The position numbers and the translations under genes are program-made. A DNA stretch of 64,000 bases, taken from assembly GCA_003427395.1 (NCBI GenBank), contig BFEA01000011.1, positions 6,907,096 to 6,971,095 of the forward strand. The letters run 5' to 3'. Of this stretch, positions 48,880 to 62,027 are shown piece by piece; position 1 is the stretch's first letter; each line of letters starts with the position of its first letter. This DNA is from Chara braunii. Its lineage: Eukaryota > Plantae > Charophyceae. Under the pieces are notes generated by a model that had not been told where the DNA came from, searched no databases, and saw nothing but the letters and a program-made list of their open reading frames with translations.

Positions 48880-51800
48880 CTTTTTGTTCTCTGGCCCTCT
48901 TTTTATCTTTGAGGCTTCTCTGAGGAGAAGACAGCTGGCAGAGTCACACTCTGACCTGACTGTGTTACTATACTGTCAAGCAGGACCTCAGGTTGCCCAT
49001 CGACTGCAGGAGCTCTGCTGGAGTTCAGGTGGAACACTGGTGGTAGGGAACACTAAGGTAGGCAAGTGTCTCCGTGTCACATCCTGTATAGCCCTGTCTA
49101 TACTACTCTCTATTGCAAAGATCGAGGAAAGTTCGAGAAGCTGTTACATTCTTTGACCCTTCTAGTGGAAGAGAACTTACCCTTTGACAGGTGATTCGGT
49201 ACAAGTGGGAGGAAGGCAGCAAAAGGAGATGTGCAGTTGGGAGAGCAATAAGGTTGGCTTCTCAGAAGTGATGGTGGCAGGAAAGAAATACTCCTGTTTC
49301 ACGATTCTAGACAAAAGTCCTCCCCCCTCCACGAGTGCCCCAGCATTCTCCAAGTGCGTAGTGAAGAAACCAATGGTAGACGAAGTCTATATGGCATTAT
49401 TCAAACCAAAGAAGAGAAACAAGGAGCAAGCTGTTAGTTCTGAGAACTAGGCTGACAAATTACCACCCCCAAGGAGCAAGTTGTTAGTTCTGAGAACTAG
49501 GCTGACAAATTACCACCCCCAACCAAATCAATCTTGAAGGAGTTTGCAGATCTTGAGAAGGCGCCTAGAGGAGTAGTTGAACGAGAAATTAAGCACCTCG
49601 TTGAGATAGCACCCGGATGTAAAGTGCCACAGGGGCCGATCTATAGGATGTTTCCAAAACAGTTCGAAGAGTTGTGCAAATAGTTGGACAAGTTAATACA
49701 AGGGGTGGATCAAGCCCAGTTCATCCCTGTATGGCGCCCTAAAAGAAGGTGAGTATTGACTATATGACCATGAAAAATGTAAAGCCCATACCGTGCATAC
49801 ACATTTTGTGAGACCGTTTGCAGGGAAGCATTTCTCGAAGATAGACCTGAAGTCCGGGCATCATCTGATCGAAATAAAGACCAGCAAAAGACTGCATATA
49901 GAACTAGATATGGACATTGTGAGTTCACTGTGATGCCCTTTGGACTGACAAACGCCCTTGTAACATTTCAACGCTGTGGTAGTATATCTAGATGATATCT
50001 TAGTGTTTACTAAGACATCAAAGGAGCATCAGCCGCATTTACAAAAAGTTTTGTCCAAGCTGAGGGAAGTTCAGTTCATAATGAACCCGAAGAAGCGTGA
50101 GTGGGCCGCAAGTGTTGCACCTTGGCCATATCATAGATGGAGATGAGAGTACAAACGGAAAATTAACAAAATAGCAAAGCAGTTAGAGACTCGCCAACGC
50201 CCAGGACTCTCACGGAACTGCATTTGTTCCTAGGACGGTAGCGAATTATTATTGAAAATCCGCATGGAATTTTTCACCTCTGCACAGATTGTTGAAGAAG
50301 GAAGCCTTTTCGTAGCAGGACAAACACTGTACCTCACCATTCCGAAAGCTAAAGCACGCATTGGCAGAATGCCCACTCTTGAATACTGGAGGCCCTTCGC
50401 AACCATTCTTAGTTATGATGGGCGCAAACCAATACAGGACTACAAACAAGATGACAGGGTAGGATACCATCTGGTAGAATTCATGTCCAAGCGGTTGCCA
50501 CCTCATAAATTAGTTCCATTGACATGCGAGAGAGAACAGTACGCTCTGTACGAGGCATAGACATGACAGCGGTATCTCCTTGGTAGGTATTCAGATGATG
50601 AGAGCCTGTGTTGGTTGAGCCAGCCTAGCTAGAATGTCTCAACTAAGCTAGCTAGATGAGCACGGGAGATGGGCGAATTCGTTTTAGAATCGGAACTGAT
50701 CAAGGGGAAGTGCAATGTAGTTGCCTATGTGTGGCATACTGCGTAGCCACACGCGCCCTGCAGGGCCCGTCCCGGACATTCAGCCTAAAAGCCTAAAACT
50801 TAGGGCTTACAGGCCCCGGTCGTTTCAGCCTGAAAGCTGAAAAACGAGGTGCTGCAGGCCCTACCCCGTTTCAGTCTATTTCTGGGTCTTTTCAGACCCA
50901 GAGTTTTCAGCCTGAAACGGAGGGCCATTTTCAGGCCCTCATTGTTTCGACCTGCCCCTAAGACTCAGGCACGTAAACAGGGATGCGGAACAGGCCAAGA
51001 ATACCCTGTTCCTCGAGTTGAGCAGGAGCTGCAGCGGCAGCCCCTGCCTCCGATCGGCATTGGCAAGAGCAGCCTCCTGGACTGCTCGCCAGCAGTCAAG
51101 AGGCACCCCGGTAGTACATAGGACTGTCCTAGGCACTTCACGGGAGGTAGTCTCCAGTAGGCACGGTAGTCTTGAGGATTCGGCCGCAGCACTCAGGAGG
51201 AGCGCTGCAGTAGTCTTCAGCGCTAGTAGTAGTTAGCGCTAGCTGTAGTCTTCGGCGCTGGGCGCCCATAGCATTAGTGGTAGTCTTCAGCGCTGGGCGC
51301 TATGGTAGGTGGTAGATCGCAGAGTGAGAGAGATACTGGCGGAGGCCAGTGGTACTTACCTGTGGTGCCATCGCTCCAGCTCCATCTTCGTGGTACCTGC
51401 ATCAAGGCGCCAACTTCACAGGTTAGTACTGGACACCGAGAGAGAGAGAGTTCTTCTTCTTCCTCCTCTAAGTCCACCATCTCTTCTCACCCTCTTGCCA
51501 CCTGACTTCTCAGACTACGACAGAAAGAGACAGAGTTGTGACTTGAGACTTGACGACATTGGATCCAGACTTGACATTTGGGATTCAGACANTTCGACGA
51601 GGGACTATTTNGGCNTGTGCCGAAGACTTGGTGTTGACGACATTCCCATCTTCCCCCTCCTCTTCGTCTATCCCCTTCCTCTTCGTCTGTGTATGGTATG
51701 GGCTGGCGCAGTCTTCCTGTGTGAAGCGCCAGACCCATTCACACCATGTAACGATGATGATGATGTGTGTTCAGAGCTGCATTGCAATATTGATTGTTCG

Positions 51801-54250
51801 GATCATCCGTATCTAAGTCTTCCACTGTATTATCTTGTACTTTGTATTGAGAGGTCGGTTCTTGTTCTGGTCTGCACGTTACAGTATGCAACACTATGCC
51901 TTGTCAATATGAACAGACTTCTTTGGAAGGATTGGACTTACCTACATCCAGGACAGGAACTTCAGCAGAACAATGGGAAGACATATGTAGACGACGAAAT
52001 ACTCAGTGAGATTATCAACAGAGTAGCAGAGAAACCTCATAAAGAGCCCGAGGACAAAGTAGCCGACGGGTTGTGGTTCCTAACATATGATGGAGAAAAC
52101 AGATTGTGCTACCTGAACAGTGACAAAGTTCGCAGCATAGTGCTCAGAGAGTGCCACACTACCAAGGGGCATTTGGGATGTAGAGACTTGCACCAATTTA
52201 CTTCGGTCGCATACATGGACAGAAGTGAAATCCGACTGCATTAGATATATTCAGGGGTGTAAACTTGTAAACTCTTCTAGAGGAACTAGAGTACAACACA
52301 AGCGCCCCTCAGACTGCTGAAAGCACTGCCTACTCCCTCTCGACCTGGAGATTCAATCTCTATAGACTTCAAAGCAGAAGAGGGAGAAATTCAGGTTATA
52401 GTGAGAAATTATGAAAAATTCGTTTGAACATAGCTACCTGTAGGGACGTCAGATTTACAGGTGAGCAGTGGCAACAGTTAATGAAGGTGTACATATTTCA
52501 GTTGAATTTGTAATCAGGTAGACACTCAGAGAGTAATGGTCGAACTGAGTAGATGAACAAGTCGTTGCAGCAGACTCTACGTATGTATATTAGCCCAGAT
52601 CAGATAGATTGGGACGCAAAGATAGTCGGCACATACAACAACCTGTACATTTGTCAGCAGGCGGAACGTCTGATGCGTTGCACAGGAAGCCACGTAGGCT
52701 CACTGACTGCCTAATCCAGATCAGATTCGGAGATTACTACCTGGCACATTCTCGCCGAAGTATGAGAAAGACCTGCAGAGACTTGCTGAGAATATTTAGG
52801 ACATGCCTACGAAAAGATGGTAGAGCAGGCAAACAAGCATCGCAGGCCGTCACAGTTGTCTGTCACCGACCTAACCTTGCAGAACCAGGCAAAGCCTACA
52901 GAATTTGTCCCTGAAGAAGGGATTTATCAAAAACTGGTATTGGCATTTAGAGGGCCTTGGGAAGTATTAGATGATAGGAGAAGCCAATGGCCCCTCATAC
53001 ATCGTAGACGTAGGTTCGCATTTGCAAACATACCCAGAGTTTCGCACCTCCAAGGTGTTGCCTTGCGTATCATATCACTTGTTTTTTTCTCACGAAGATC
53101 CATGATACCATTTCATATGGACGTAAGATGCGACATTGACCCAATAGTTGCTCACGACCCATACCAATCAGGCAGGAGGGGATGACCACTGCAACAGTTC
53201 AAAGTTCATCGGCAATCCCAGGGACAAGAGGAGGACCCGTGGTTTCCCAAGAACGAGCCCTAGCTTTCTCCGAGGACCTCGAATGAAGGTCTACGAGAGT
53301 TAAAAGTTTTCACACGTTAAAGAGCCAGCCCCAGAAGTCCCATAATCCCCTCTACCATTGTCCATCCGATAGATCCCATGGGCCTTGTCTGTACAGTAGG
53401 TCCAGTAGGTCACGTACTTCGGTACGCCTACGCCATTATTGACCTGTCCCCTGTCGGAAATCAATCCAAGCTCAGTCCCAGGAAAGTGTGTGAAAACGGT
53501 GGATGCACTGGAAGCCGATATGGCTGGCAAGAAAGGGTACCGATCCGGGAAAGTGGAAGATCGGAAACTGCAGCAAGTACAAAAGCCCGGTGGCAGCAAA
53601 GTGTCAACAAAATTTCCATTCACACCTGTCATGGAAGCGCTGTTACACGCGTGGAGCTCGGCGCCATAGCTTAGTACGGAGAGAGAGTGCAAGCACTGTT
53701 ACGGTAAAGGGTCAAGTGACGACCGAAGTAGATGGTAGTCGATGATGCTCCGTACCACAGAGAGAGAGAGAGAGAGAGTACAGAGAAACACATTCAGCAA
53801 GCGAAGAATGCCTGAGGGTAGCTGAGAGAGAGAGAGAAGACACATACCTGTTCAGGTCTTCGGCAGTCGTGGCCGCCGCAGTGTACATACACGGGACTTA
53901 TCATATAAGATTGAATTTTCAAGCAATTTCCAAAGTGATCCCATATCGTGTTGATTTGTGGGACTGTGAAAAGCAGTGTGAAATTGTGGGATCATTGGAA
54001 AAACAAACAAAAAAAGTCAAAAAAACAGAGAGATACAGCCCTTTCCCTTTCTCTACTGAACTATATTTGACTGCAGAAAGCAGCTACCGTCACAAGAGCT
54101 GAATAGTACACACCCTCTCTTCCTGCAGATCACCGGGTAAAGCCTCTTAAGCGTTTTCATTTCTTCCCTTTTGCTCTTTTCTTCTATCGACTCATGTCAA
54201 GCCGAATCCAAACTTCAGAGTTCAGATCCCGTTCGACTAAATAATATATC
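48880..54250 (+). mobile_element. Highly decayed Ty3/Gypsy element interrupted by a solo LTR
   Basis: [53 protein letters not shown] and chromodomain-like DIDPIVAH fragments; 50-bp tandem duplication at 49421-49521; probable 3' LTR to about 54250; boundaries approximate. Confidence 0.8.
50730..51893 (+). mobile_element. Solo LTR of the same family as the 20282-29441 element, opposite orientation
   Basis: tgtggcatactgcg...gtatgcaaca; 5-bp TSD CTATG at 50725-50729 and 51894-51898; reverse-complement similarity to 28216-29441. Confidence 0.95.
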
Positions 54251-54683
54251 AGGGACTTTCTCCATTTTTGAGGGCAGTAAACATGGACATGGCATTCTCA
54301 GAGGTCCCCTGGTTGGTTGTTACCACCATTGTCCCTTATTGCAGTTTCACGCTAAAGATAGAAAAGATGATAGAAAAGATGATAGAAAAGATGAAGCCAC
54401 ACCCACGCACAGAGCCAGGGTGAAAGGACCAGTTGTACCGTGTCATGGGATGACTCAAGCTGGCGCAACAAACAGTGGCAGTGCCCTCATACTTGAGTAG
54501 GAGTAAAGTGTGGTGTGAACGATCACATGGCCATCCCTTTCGAAAGGTCATCAGCGACAACGCTGGAACATTCGGTAAGCATGGACAACACATCTTGCCT
54601 CGCATTCACCTAGACGGCAGAAAAGAGTTCACCGGGGGGAGCGAGGCACAGAGACAAAGAGAAATGGAGGGAGGAAGGGGGGG

Positions 54684-54719
<36 letters not shown>

Positions 54720-55489
54720 TGGAGGAGCCATCAATCATCAGGAGGATAGCCTGTTCTGATATGCGGCATAACTCTGCCAACAGTCTCTTCTGCTGGTTTT
54801 CTTTACATTTCGTGAAACTGATGCAAGGTGGAAGCTGATGACTTCCGGAAAACATACATGCAAAGGCCGCGAGACAAAGGATGAGCAGAGGGAGATATAT
54901 AAAGGAAAAGGCAGAGACAGAAGAAGAGCAAAGAAGAACCTCGGGCAGGCCAACCAGGGGAAATGGACAGAAGAATCTGTTAGTCACGTTGCTGGTTTTG
55001 TGCCCCAGCTTTGTCTATACCTGGTCGGTCCGTCCATCTTATTGGGCGTGCCAATTCGAGGAGCGGGGAATACAAGGCCGGACGAATATCTCTGTGCTAA
55101 AATTCCATCACCGTCTTATGGTCCAGTAAGAACCCAACGGCGCCGCTTTCCTATCCTAAGAGTCCTTTTTTTCATAAACCCCAGCTTTAAGTTCAATAAC
55201 GAAAACGAGTACCGCATGAGACTAGAAAATATGTTGGAAAGGTAAGCAAAACGGTGATCAAGCAGAACAAACTTTGATTAATCAATTGACTGGTCACTTT
55301 AACTTCATTCACTAGTCTTCAAAAAGGGAGGGGGCGCTTGCAGCTGAGGAGGTAGCGGCTTTTGCAAGGGAGGGTCAGTAGCTAATCTCGCAGGATGCGA
55401 ATGAGACGTCGCCCAAGCTCTTGCAGGAAGGCAAGAGTGAAGCTTTTTTCCAGTGGGTGAACCCCCTGGCAAAGTGCTGAGAAAGAGAA

Positions 55490-58254
55490 GAAGAGGAGAG
55501 AGGAGAAAGGGAGAGAGTCAAGGTGAGAGAGAGAGAGAGAGAGAGACAAAGAGAGGAAAACGGTGTACGAGTGAAGAGAGTGGGGTGGGAGAACGGCCGA
55601 AAGTGTGAGAGCGAGAAGATGAGAATGCGGAGAGGCACAGACGGAGATGGAAAAGAAGAGAGGAAGAGTGGGAAGCAAAGGAGTGAGGAGAGAGGACGAG
55701 ACAAAGGAGAGAGAGGGCTGAAAGGGAGAGAAAAGAAAGCAGATAGAGGGAAAAGGAGAGAGGAGAGGGAAAAGGAGAGGGAAAAGGAGAGGGAAAGGGA
55801 GAGGAAGAAGGAGAGGGAGAAGGAGAGAGAGAAGGAGAGGGAGAAGGAGAGAGAGAAGGAGAGGGAGAAGGAGAGAGAGAAGGAGAGGGAGAAGGAGAGA
55901 GAGAAAACGCCAGGGGAGACAGAGCCCGGGAAGGGGGAATGGCAGGGAGGGTAAAGACCGTGTAGAGGAGGAGAGAGCGCGAGGGGACAAGGGGAGGGCA
56001 GAAGAAGAGCAGAAGACGACCGGAAGAAATTGGATGGAGAAACAGGGAGATAAGGAGAAGGGAGGGAGTGACGGAGGAAGAAAGGGAGAGAGACGGCCGA
56101 GGGACCAGGACGGAGAACGAGGGAAAGAGGGGAGACAAAGGACGAGGTAGGGCGGCCGAGAGAAAGAGGCTAGGAGGGGGGGGGGAGATGGAAATGAGGG
56201 AAGAATAGGAGAGGGAAGAGGGGGAGCGGCCAAAGGAGACAAAGGGACAAAAGAGAGGAAGAATAAATTGAAGAGAAGTACAAGGAGAGGGGGAGAGGGG
56301 GAGAGGGGGAGAAGACCGAGAAAGATTGGAGACGAAGACAAGACGGTCAGGAGACGGAGTGGAAGCGAGGAGGGAGCGAAGGGAGGAGGTAGAGAAGGAC
56401 GAGGATAGGGGGAGGATGGAGAGACGAGAGGGCAGAGAGAGAGACATGGTAACAGGGAGACGAGAGAGGACAAAATACAAGGGGGAAACATGGAGAAGTT
56501 CACAAGAGACGCGCGAGAGACAGAGAGACAAGGAGTCCGAGGAAGGCAAAGGAAAATCAGGAATAGGCAGGGACACAGGAAAGGAGAGGAGAAAGCAAGG
56601 CAGCGAGACTTGTCGGAAGAGGAGAGCAAGAAAGAGCAAAGGGGACAGGCAGAGAGGGACAAATGGAGAGAGATCGAGAGAGGCCGAAACAGACGGGCAG
56701 GACGGACAGAGCGAGAGGGAGGGAGGGACGAAGGGAGGGAGAAAGGGAAGGGGGAAACGAACGAAGGGAGAGGAGGAGAGAGGACCCTGGGAACAGAGAA
56801 GGGGAAGAGGGGAACTGGTAAGAGGGGTAGATAGAGAGACAGGGAGACAAGGGGGGAGAGGAAGAGTGGAGGAACAGGGAGAAAGAGGGGGGAGAGGGAG
56901 ATCGGAGAGGGAGATCGGAGAGGGAAAGAAGGAGTTTGCAGAGGGAGAAAGGGAGATTGAGAGGGAGAGAGGTAGATGGGAGAGAGATGGAGATCGAAGA
57001 GGGAGGGAGGGAAATCGAGAGGGAGAGGGGGAGATCCGGGAAGGAGTTAGTTAGAAAGCCAGGAGGAGGGGACAGCGGCAGAGAGACATGGGATGCGAGA
57101 GAGAGAGGGAGATTGGAAGATCGGGGAGGGGAGGAGGAAAGGAGCAAAAGAAATGGCGAGGGCAAAGCAGACGGAAAGACCACGGTCGGAAGGATAAGAA
57201 GAGAGATCGCGAGGGGGGTAGAGGGACAGGGGGAGAAGGGAGGAGTGCAGAGAAGGAAGCAACAAGACGCGCAAAGAAGAGAAGACAGGTAGGGAGGAAG
57301 GCAAATGGGTAGAGAGACAGCGACAAAGAGGGAGACGCAAAGAGAGGAGGCAGGGAGGGAAGGAGAGGTGCAAGAGAAGGGGAGCTGAGACGGAGAGAGG
57401 GGGAGAGGGGAAGAGGGGGAGGGGAAGAGGGGGAGCGGAACGAAAGGGCAGAGGGAGACGAAAACAGAGACGGAGAGGAGGGAGAGATCAGCAAGGGAAA
57501 ACAGTAGATCAGGAAAGAAGGACTGGGAGATGGAGGAAGCGGATACAAGGACATGGCGGGCGGGAGGCCAGAGGGATGCGAAAGAAAGGGAAAAGAAGAG
57601 AGCGAGGGAGAGAGGGAGAGAGGGAGAGAGGGAGAGAGGGAGAGAGGGAGAGCGAGAGAGGGAGAGAGGGAGAGAGGGAGGGGCAGGAGAGGAAGAGTGC
57701 AACGAGCTTAGGGAGAGGCGCAGAAGGAGAGGGACAATAAAGTGAGGGAGAGGAGAAAGGGAGGATGAAGAGAGGTGAACGCAGGAGGAGAGCGAGAGAG
57801 GAATCGAAAAAGGGAAACAGAGACCGAGGACAGGAGCCGGTGGAAGGCAAGAGGCGCCAGGGAGGACAAAAAGCGCAGAAGGAGGCGGTGAGGGAGAGGA
57901 AGGATGGGAGAGCCAGAAAGGAGAGGGGGCGGGATAGGGGCAGAGAGAGGGAGGGGGGCGAAGGGGGAGAGACGAAAAGAAACTTGAGACACTGGGGGAG
58001 AGAAAGAGGAGACAAGAGACAGGGAGCGAGGGCGACACGGAGAGTAGAGCGAAAGAAACAGGAGTGAAAGAAAAGACTGGAAGAAAAAAAGAGCGGGATG
58101 CAGAAAGCAGGTAGCCGAAGAGAGGGAAATGGACACAGGGAGAGAGAGAAAGGCACGGAGAAAGGAAATGGAAACGCAGAAAGAAATGGACAGAGGGGAG
58201 ACGGACAGGCAAAGGGAGCCCGGGGATGGGGGGAAGGCGCAGAGAGAGACCGGG
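55490..58254. repeat. About 2.8-kb purine-rich (GA) low-complexity tract ending in a gap
   Basis: Almost only G and A on the + strand; 12-bp periodic gagaaggagagg at about 55760-55905; the long ORFs here are compositional. Confidence 0.9.
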
Positions 58255-59206
58255 GNNNNNNNNNNNNNNNNNNNNNNNNNNNNNNNNNNNNNNNNNNNNN
58301 NNNNNNNNNNNNNNNNNNNNNNNNNNNNNNNNNNNNNNNNNNNNNNNNNNNNNNNNNNNNNNNNNNNNNNNNNNNNNNNNNNNNNNNNNNNNNNNNNNNN
58401 NNNNNNNNNNNNNNNNNNNNNNNNNNNNNNNNNNNNNNNNNNNNNNNNNNNNNNNNNNNNNNNNNNNNNNNNNNNNNNNNNNNNNNNNNNNNNNNNNNNN
58501 NNNNNNNNNNNNNNNNNNNNNNNNNNNNNNNNNNNNNNNNNNNNNNNNNNNNNNNNNNNNNNNNNNNNNNNNNNNNNNNNNNNNNNNNNNNNNNNNNNNN
58601 NNNNNNNNNNNNNNNNNNNNNNNNNNNNNNNNNNNNNNNNNNNNNNNNNNNNNNNNNNNNNNNNNNNNNNNNNNNNNNNNNNNNNNNNNNNNNNNNNNNN
58701 NNNNNNNNNNNNNNNNNNNNNNNNNNNNNNNNNNNNNNNNNNNNNNNNNNNNNNNNNNNNNNNNNNNNNNNNNNNNNNNNNNNNNNNNNNNNNNNNNNNN
58801 NNNNNNNNNNNNNNNNNNNNNNNNNNNNNNNNNNNNNNNNNNNNNNNNNNNNNNNNNNNNNNNNNNNNNNNNNNNNNNNNNNNNNNNNNNNNNNNNNNNN
58901 NNNNNNNNNNNNNNNNNNNNNNNNNNNNNNNNNNNNNNNNNNNNNNNNNNNNNNNNNNNNNNNNNNNNNNNNNNNNNNNNNNNNNNNNNNNNNNNNNNNN
59001 NNNNNNNNNNNNNNNNNNNNNNNNNNNNNNNNNNNNNNNNCCCCCCTCGTTTCCTCCCCTACAGAACCTCCACCCCTTCTTCCCTTATAAGAAATCAACC
59101 CCCCCGTAACTCTTAACAACCCCTTGAAACACTGACTAGAAGCAGTACCAGCAGACTGGGTAAATCAGAGCCGGTGACAGTTGGCTAAAGGAAAGGGGGG
59201 GGGGGA

Positions 59207-59257
<51 letters not shown>

Positions 59258-59848
59258 AATGGAATCCCGTTAGAAGATCATAGGGGAGAGGGAAAGAGCG
59301 AGAAAGAGTGGGCGGGACGTCTCTCTTTCAACTACCCCAAAAAAAAAAAGGCAGCGACGAAACCACGTACGCTAGAGAGAAATCGAAACAGTCACTTTCA
59401 GTCAAACCAGAGGCCTACTCTACATAACTACGTGACAGGTCGAGCAAGGTATGCACAAGAGAGTCTCACTCATGCTTGACAGGTTGTCCTCTCTGACCTT
59501 CCTGATTAACCGATCTATCTCCAGATCAATTAGCTGATTGATCCATGAATATTGATGATTAACGACTTCCCCCACTCAGATCACGCTACAAGAGAAAATT
59601 CTCTAATCGAAGGAAAATGAGAAAGTGGTTGGTGGGTAATGATGAATGGCCAACGCGCCAAAGTCAGGCAGCCGCCAAGCACGCAAGCAGGTCGCACCCA
59701 GACACAATACTGCATCGATCTGATCACACGGGAACGCGAGGTGAGGACAGAAAAAAAGCAGGCCTACCCCTCTACAAGATGATTCCAAAGTGTCCGATTC
59801 GAGTCGCTACAACACACACGGCGAGTGCGCATAGACAGAGAAAGAAAC

Positions 59849-59887
<39 letters not shown>

Positions 59888-60482
59888 AAGAGAGACGTGG
59901 TTCGCTCTGTCCTCAGAGTCTCACGCATGACTACCACTGAATGCCGAGCAGGTAAACGACGAGGAATCGTGGCAGGAGCAGGAGCTCCTGCTTGCTGAAA
60001 AAGACCGAAGAGAGAGACCCTGCAGGAAACGCAGCACACCGCTTTTCCAACGAGGAGAAGAGGTATGAGGACAAGGAGGAGGCCGAGGAAGAAGTGGAAA
60101 GGAGTAAGGTTTTGCCGCTTCTTACGGAGAATGGCAAGTTGATAGGGATGGGAGGCGACTGAAGCAGAGTAAGAGGAGGTGGAGAAGAGGACGACGACGA
60201 CGACGAAGAGGACGTGGAACCTAAATACAGTAAATGTAGTACTGTAGTCAGCAGAACGTGTAGAGTAATTGGCAATTTCGAATGCGTGTCGGATGTGAGG
60301 AGAGGGTAGAAGAAAGCATTCTGCTTCTTTTTCATTAAGGAAAATGCCCGCCGGAAGGAGAAGGGGGGGAAGGGGGGGGGGGTACGGGAGAAAAGAGCTG
60401 CTGCTCTATTCGCTGTCCCGTATAAGTTGCGCTCGTAGTAGCACTCAGGCGAGGACAAACGCTGACTTGTTCATCATCATCA

Positions 60483-60514
<32 letters not shown>

Positions 60515-61940
60515 CTCGTCCTCGTCCTCATCATCAAAATGGTAAGAAGCAAAAGAAGACGCGCTGCTAAGTCTGACGTCACAACCGCCCCTTGCCGTCG
60601 GTGATCAAATCCAGAACGGGCAAAAGGACGAGCCCCGACAACCTGCAGCAGCAGAACTCATCTTTTTTGTCGGATGAGAAGGAGAAGGAGCCCGATGCAC
60701 TCTCAACTGACTGCCATTGCTCCTCCATGAAGAACAGGCCGCCCAACCTAACCTATTATCCACCTATTTCTTCAACGATGATAACCCCTCTACCCCTAAC
60801 GGACGGAACCAGGAGCTGCCGCCGTGCCAAATCAGATCACGCCACGTTCTCCCCTCCCGCGCCTCCCCTTCTCTCGTCCTTTCGCCTTCTCTTCCCTTGT
60901 CCGCCCCTCTTCCTTCTCGCTCCGTCGTTTGCTCCTTCCGCGGTTCACTGTCCCCTCGCTCCCCCGGCCCCGCTTCCTCCGCCACCTTCTCTCTTCAGCT
61001 CCCGGGCACCTCCTCCGCTCCCCCCTCCAGTAACACTTCTCCTTTACCCCCACCTCCGCTCCCCCCTTCTCACGGCTTGCTTATTACTCACTCTGCCACC
61101 GCCTTATCCTCCCTTCCGCCACCCCCCCGCCCTTTCCCTTCCAATCCTTTCTGTCTGTACGCCCATCCCCCGGGTTTGTCTATTCTCACCCAGCCCGCGC
61201 ACTCCCCGCCAAGGCTTGCACCGTCCTTGTTCGCGTATGACCTCTTGTCAGCAGCCTTCTCATCTCCGTACCCTCGGTTTGCTGTGCCTGCAGAAGGAAA
61301 AGTCACAACGATGTTCGTTTATGGACCATAATCGTAGAAGAGGGGAGACGGTGGAAAAACCCTTCCATGCCACCAGCCCTCGAGCCACTGCCACCTTCCC
61401 CTCTCCCCACCCACCCACCCACCTTCTTCGTCACCAATGCCCCGGGCAAGCTCAATACGGCGATCGCGCAAATTCAGCCGCTGTGGCGGTCAGCGACGAC
61501 GGAATGCCATCGACGGTGAGCAGTTGCTGACGTCAACCTTAAGAGATTCAAGAGCAGCAAGGAGGACAGGGAAAACGGACACTGGACGCCGATCGCGGTA
61601 GACAGCTTGTTTCCTGCAACACGCATGGAGACACAGAGAGAGAGAGAAACCGGAGAAGATAGACGGAAAGGAGGCGGAAAGGGAAAATGAACACGACCGA
61701 GAATAAAAAGGGAGCGAGCTGTGGCAGTTGGAACACACTACTTGCCCGGGCTTTACATGTCGTGACTATGTTTTCGCGATAGATCGGCTTCTTCTGTTTT
61801 CAACCTTGATTACGATCTGGCACATAGGGCAAATCGCCAGCTTTGCAGTAGAATCAATCCGATCCCGCCTCGTGGTGGTCTATATTCAGAGAAAATTCAC
61901 GTTCTATCTTAGCGGCCTTGTCAATTTGATCCACAGCAGC

Positions 61941-62027
<87 letters not shown>

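Noticed and set aside
54830-54860. Hammerhead-like CTGATGA...GAAA
   Set aside because: No credible stems I-III or cleavage triplet.
55382-59119. Long Ser/Pro/Leu- or Arg/Glu/Gly-rich ORFs (300-550 aa)
   Set aside because: Stop-free because of GA/CT composition and N gaps; no domain motifs.
60592-61530. 312-aa Pro-rich ORF
   Set aside because: C-rich low complexity, non-ATG start and no recognisable family.
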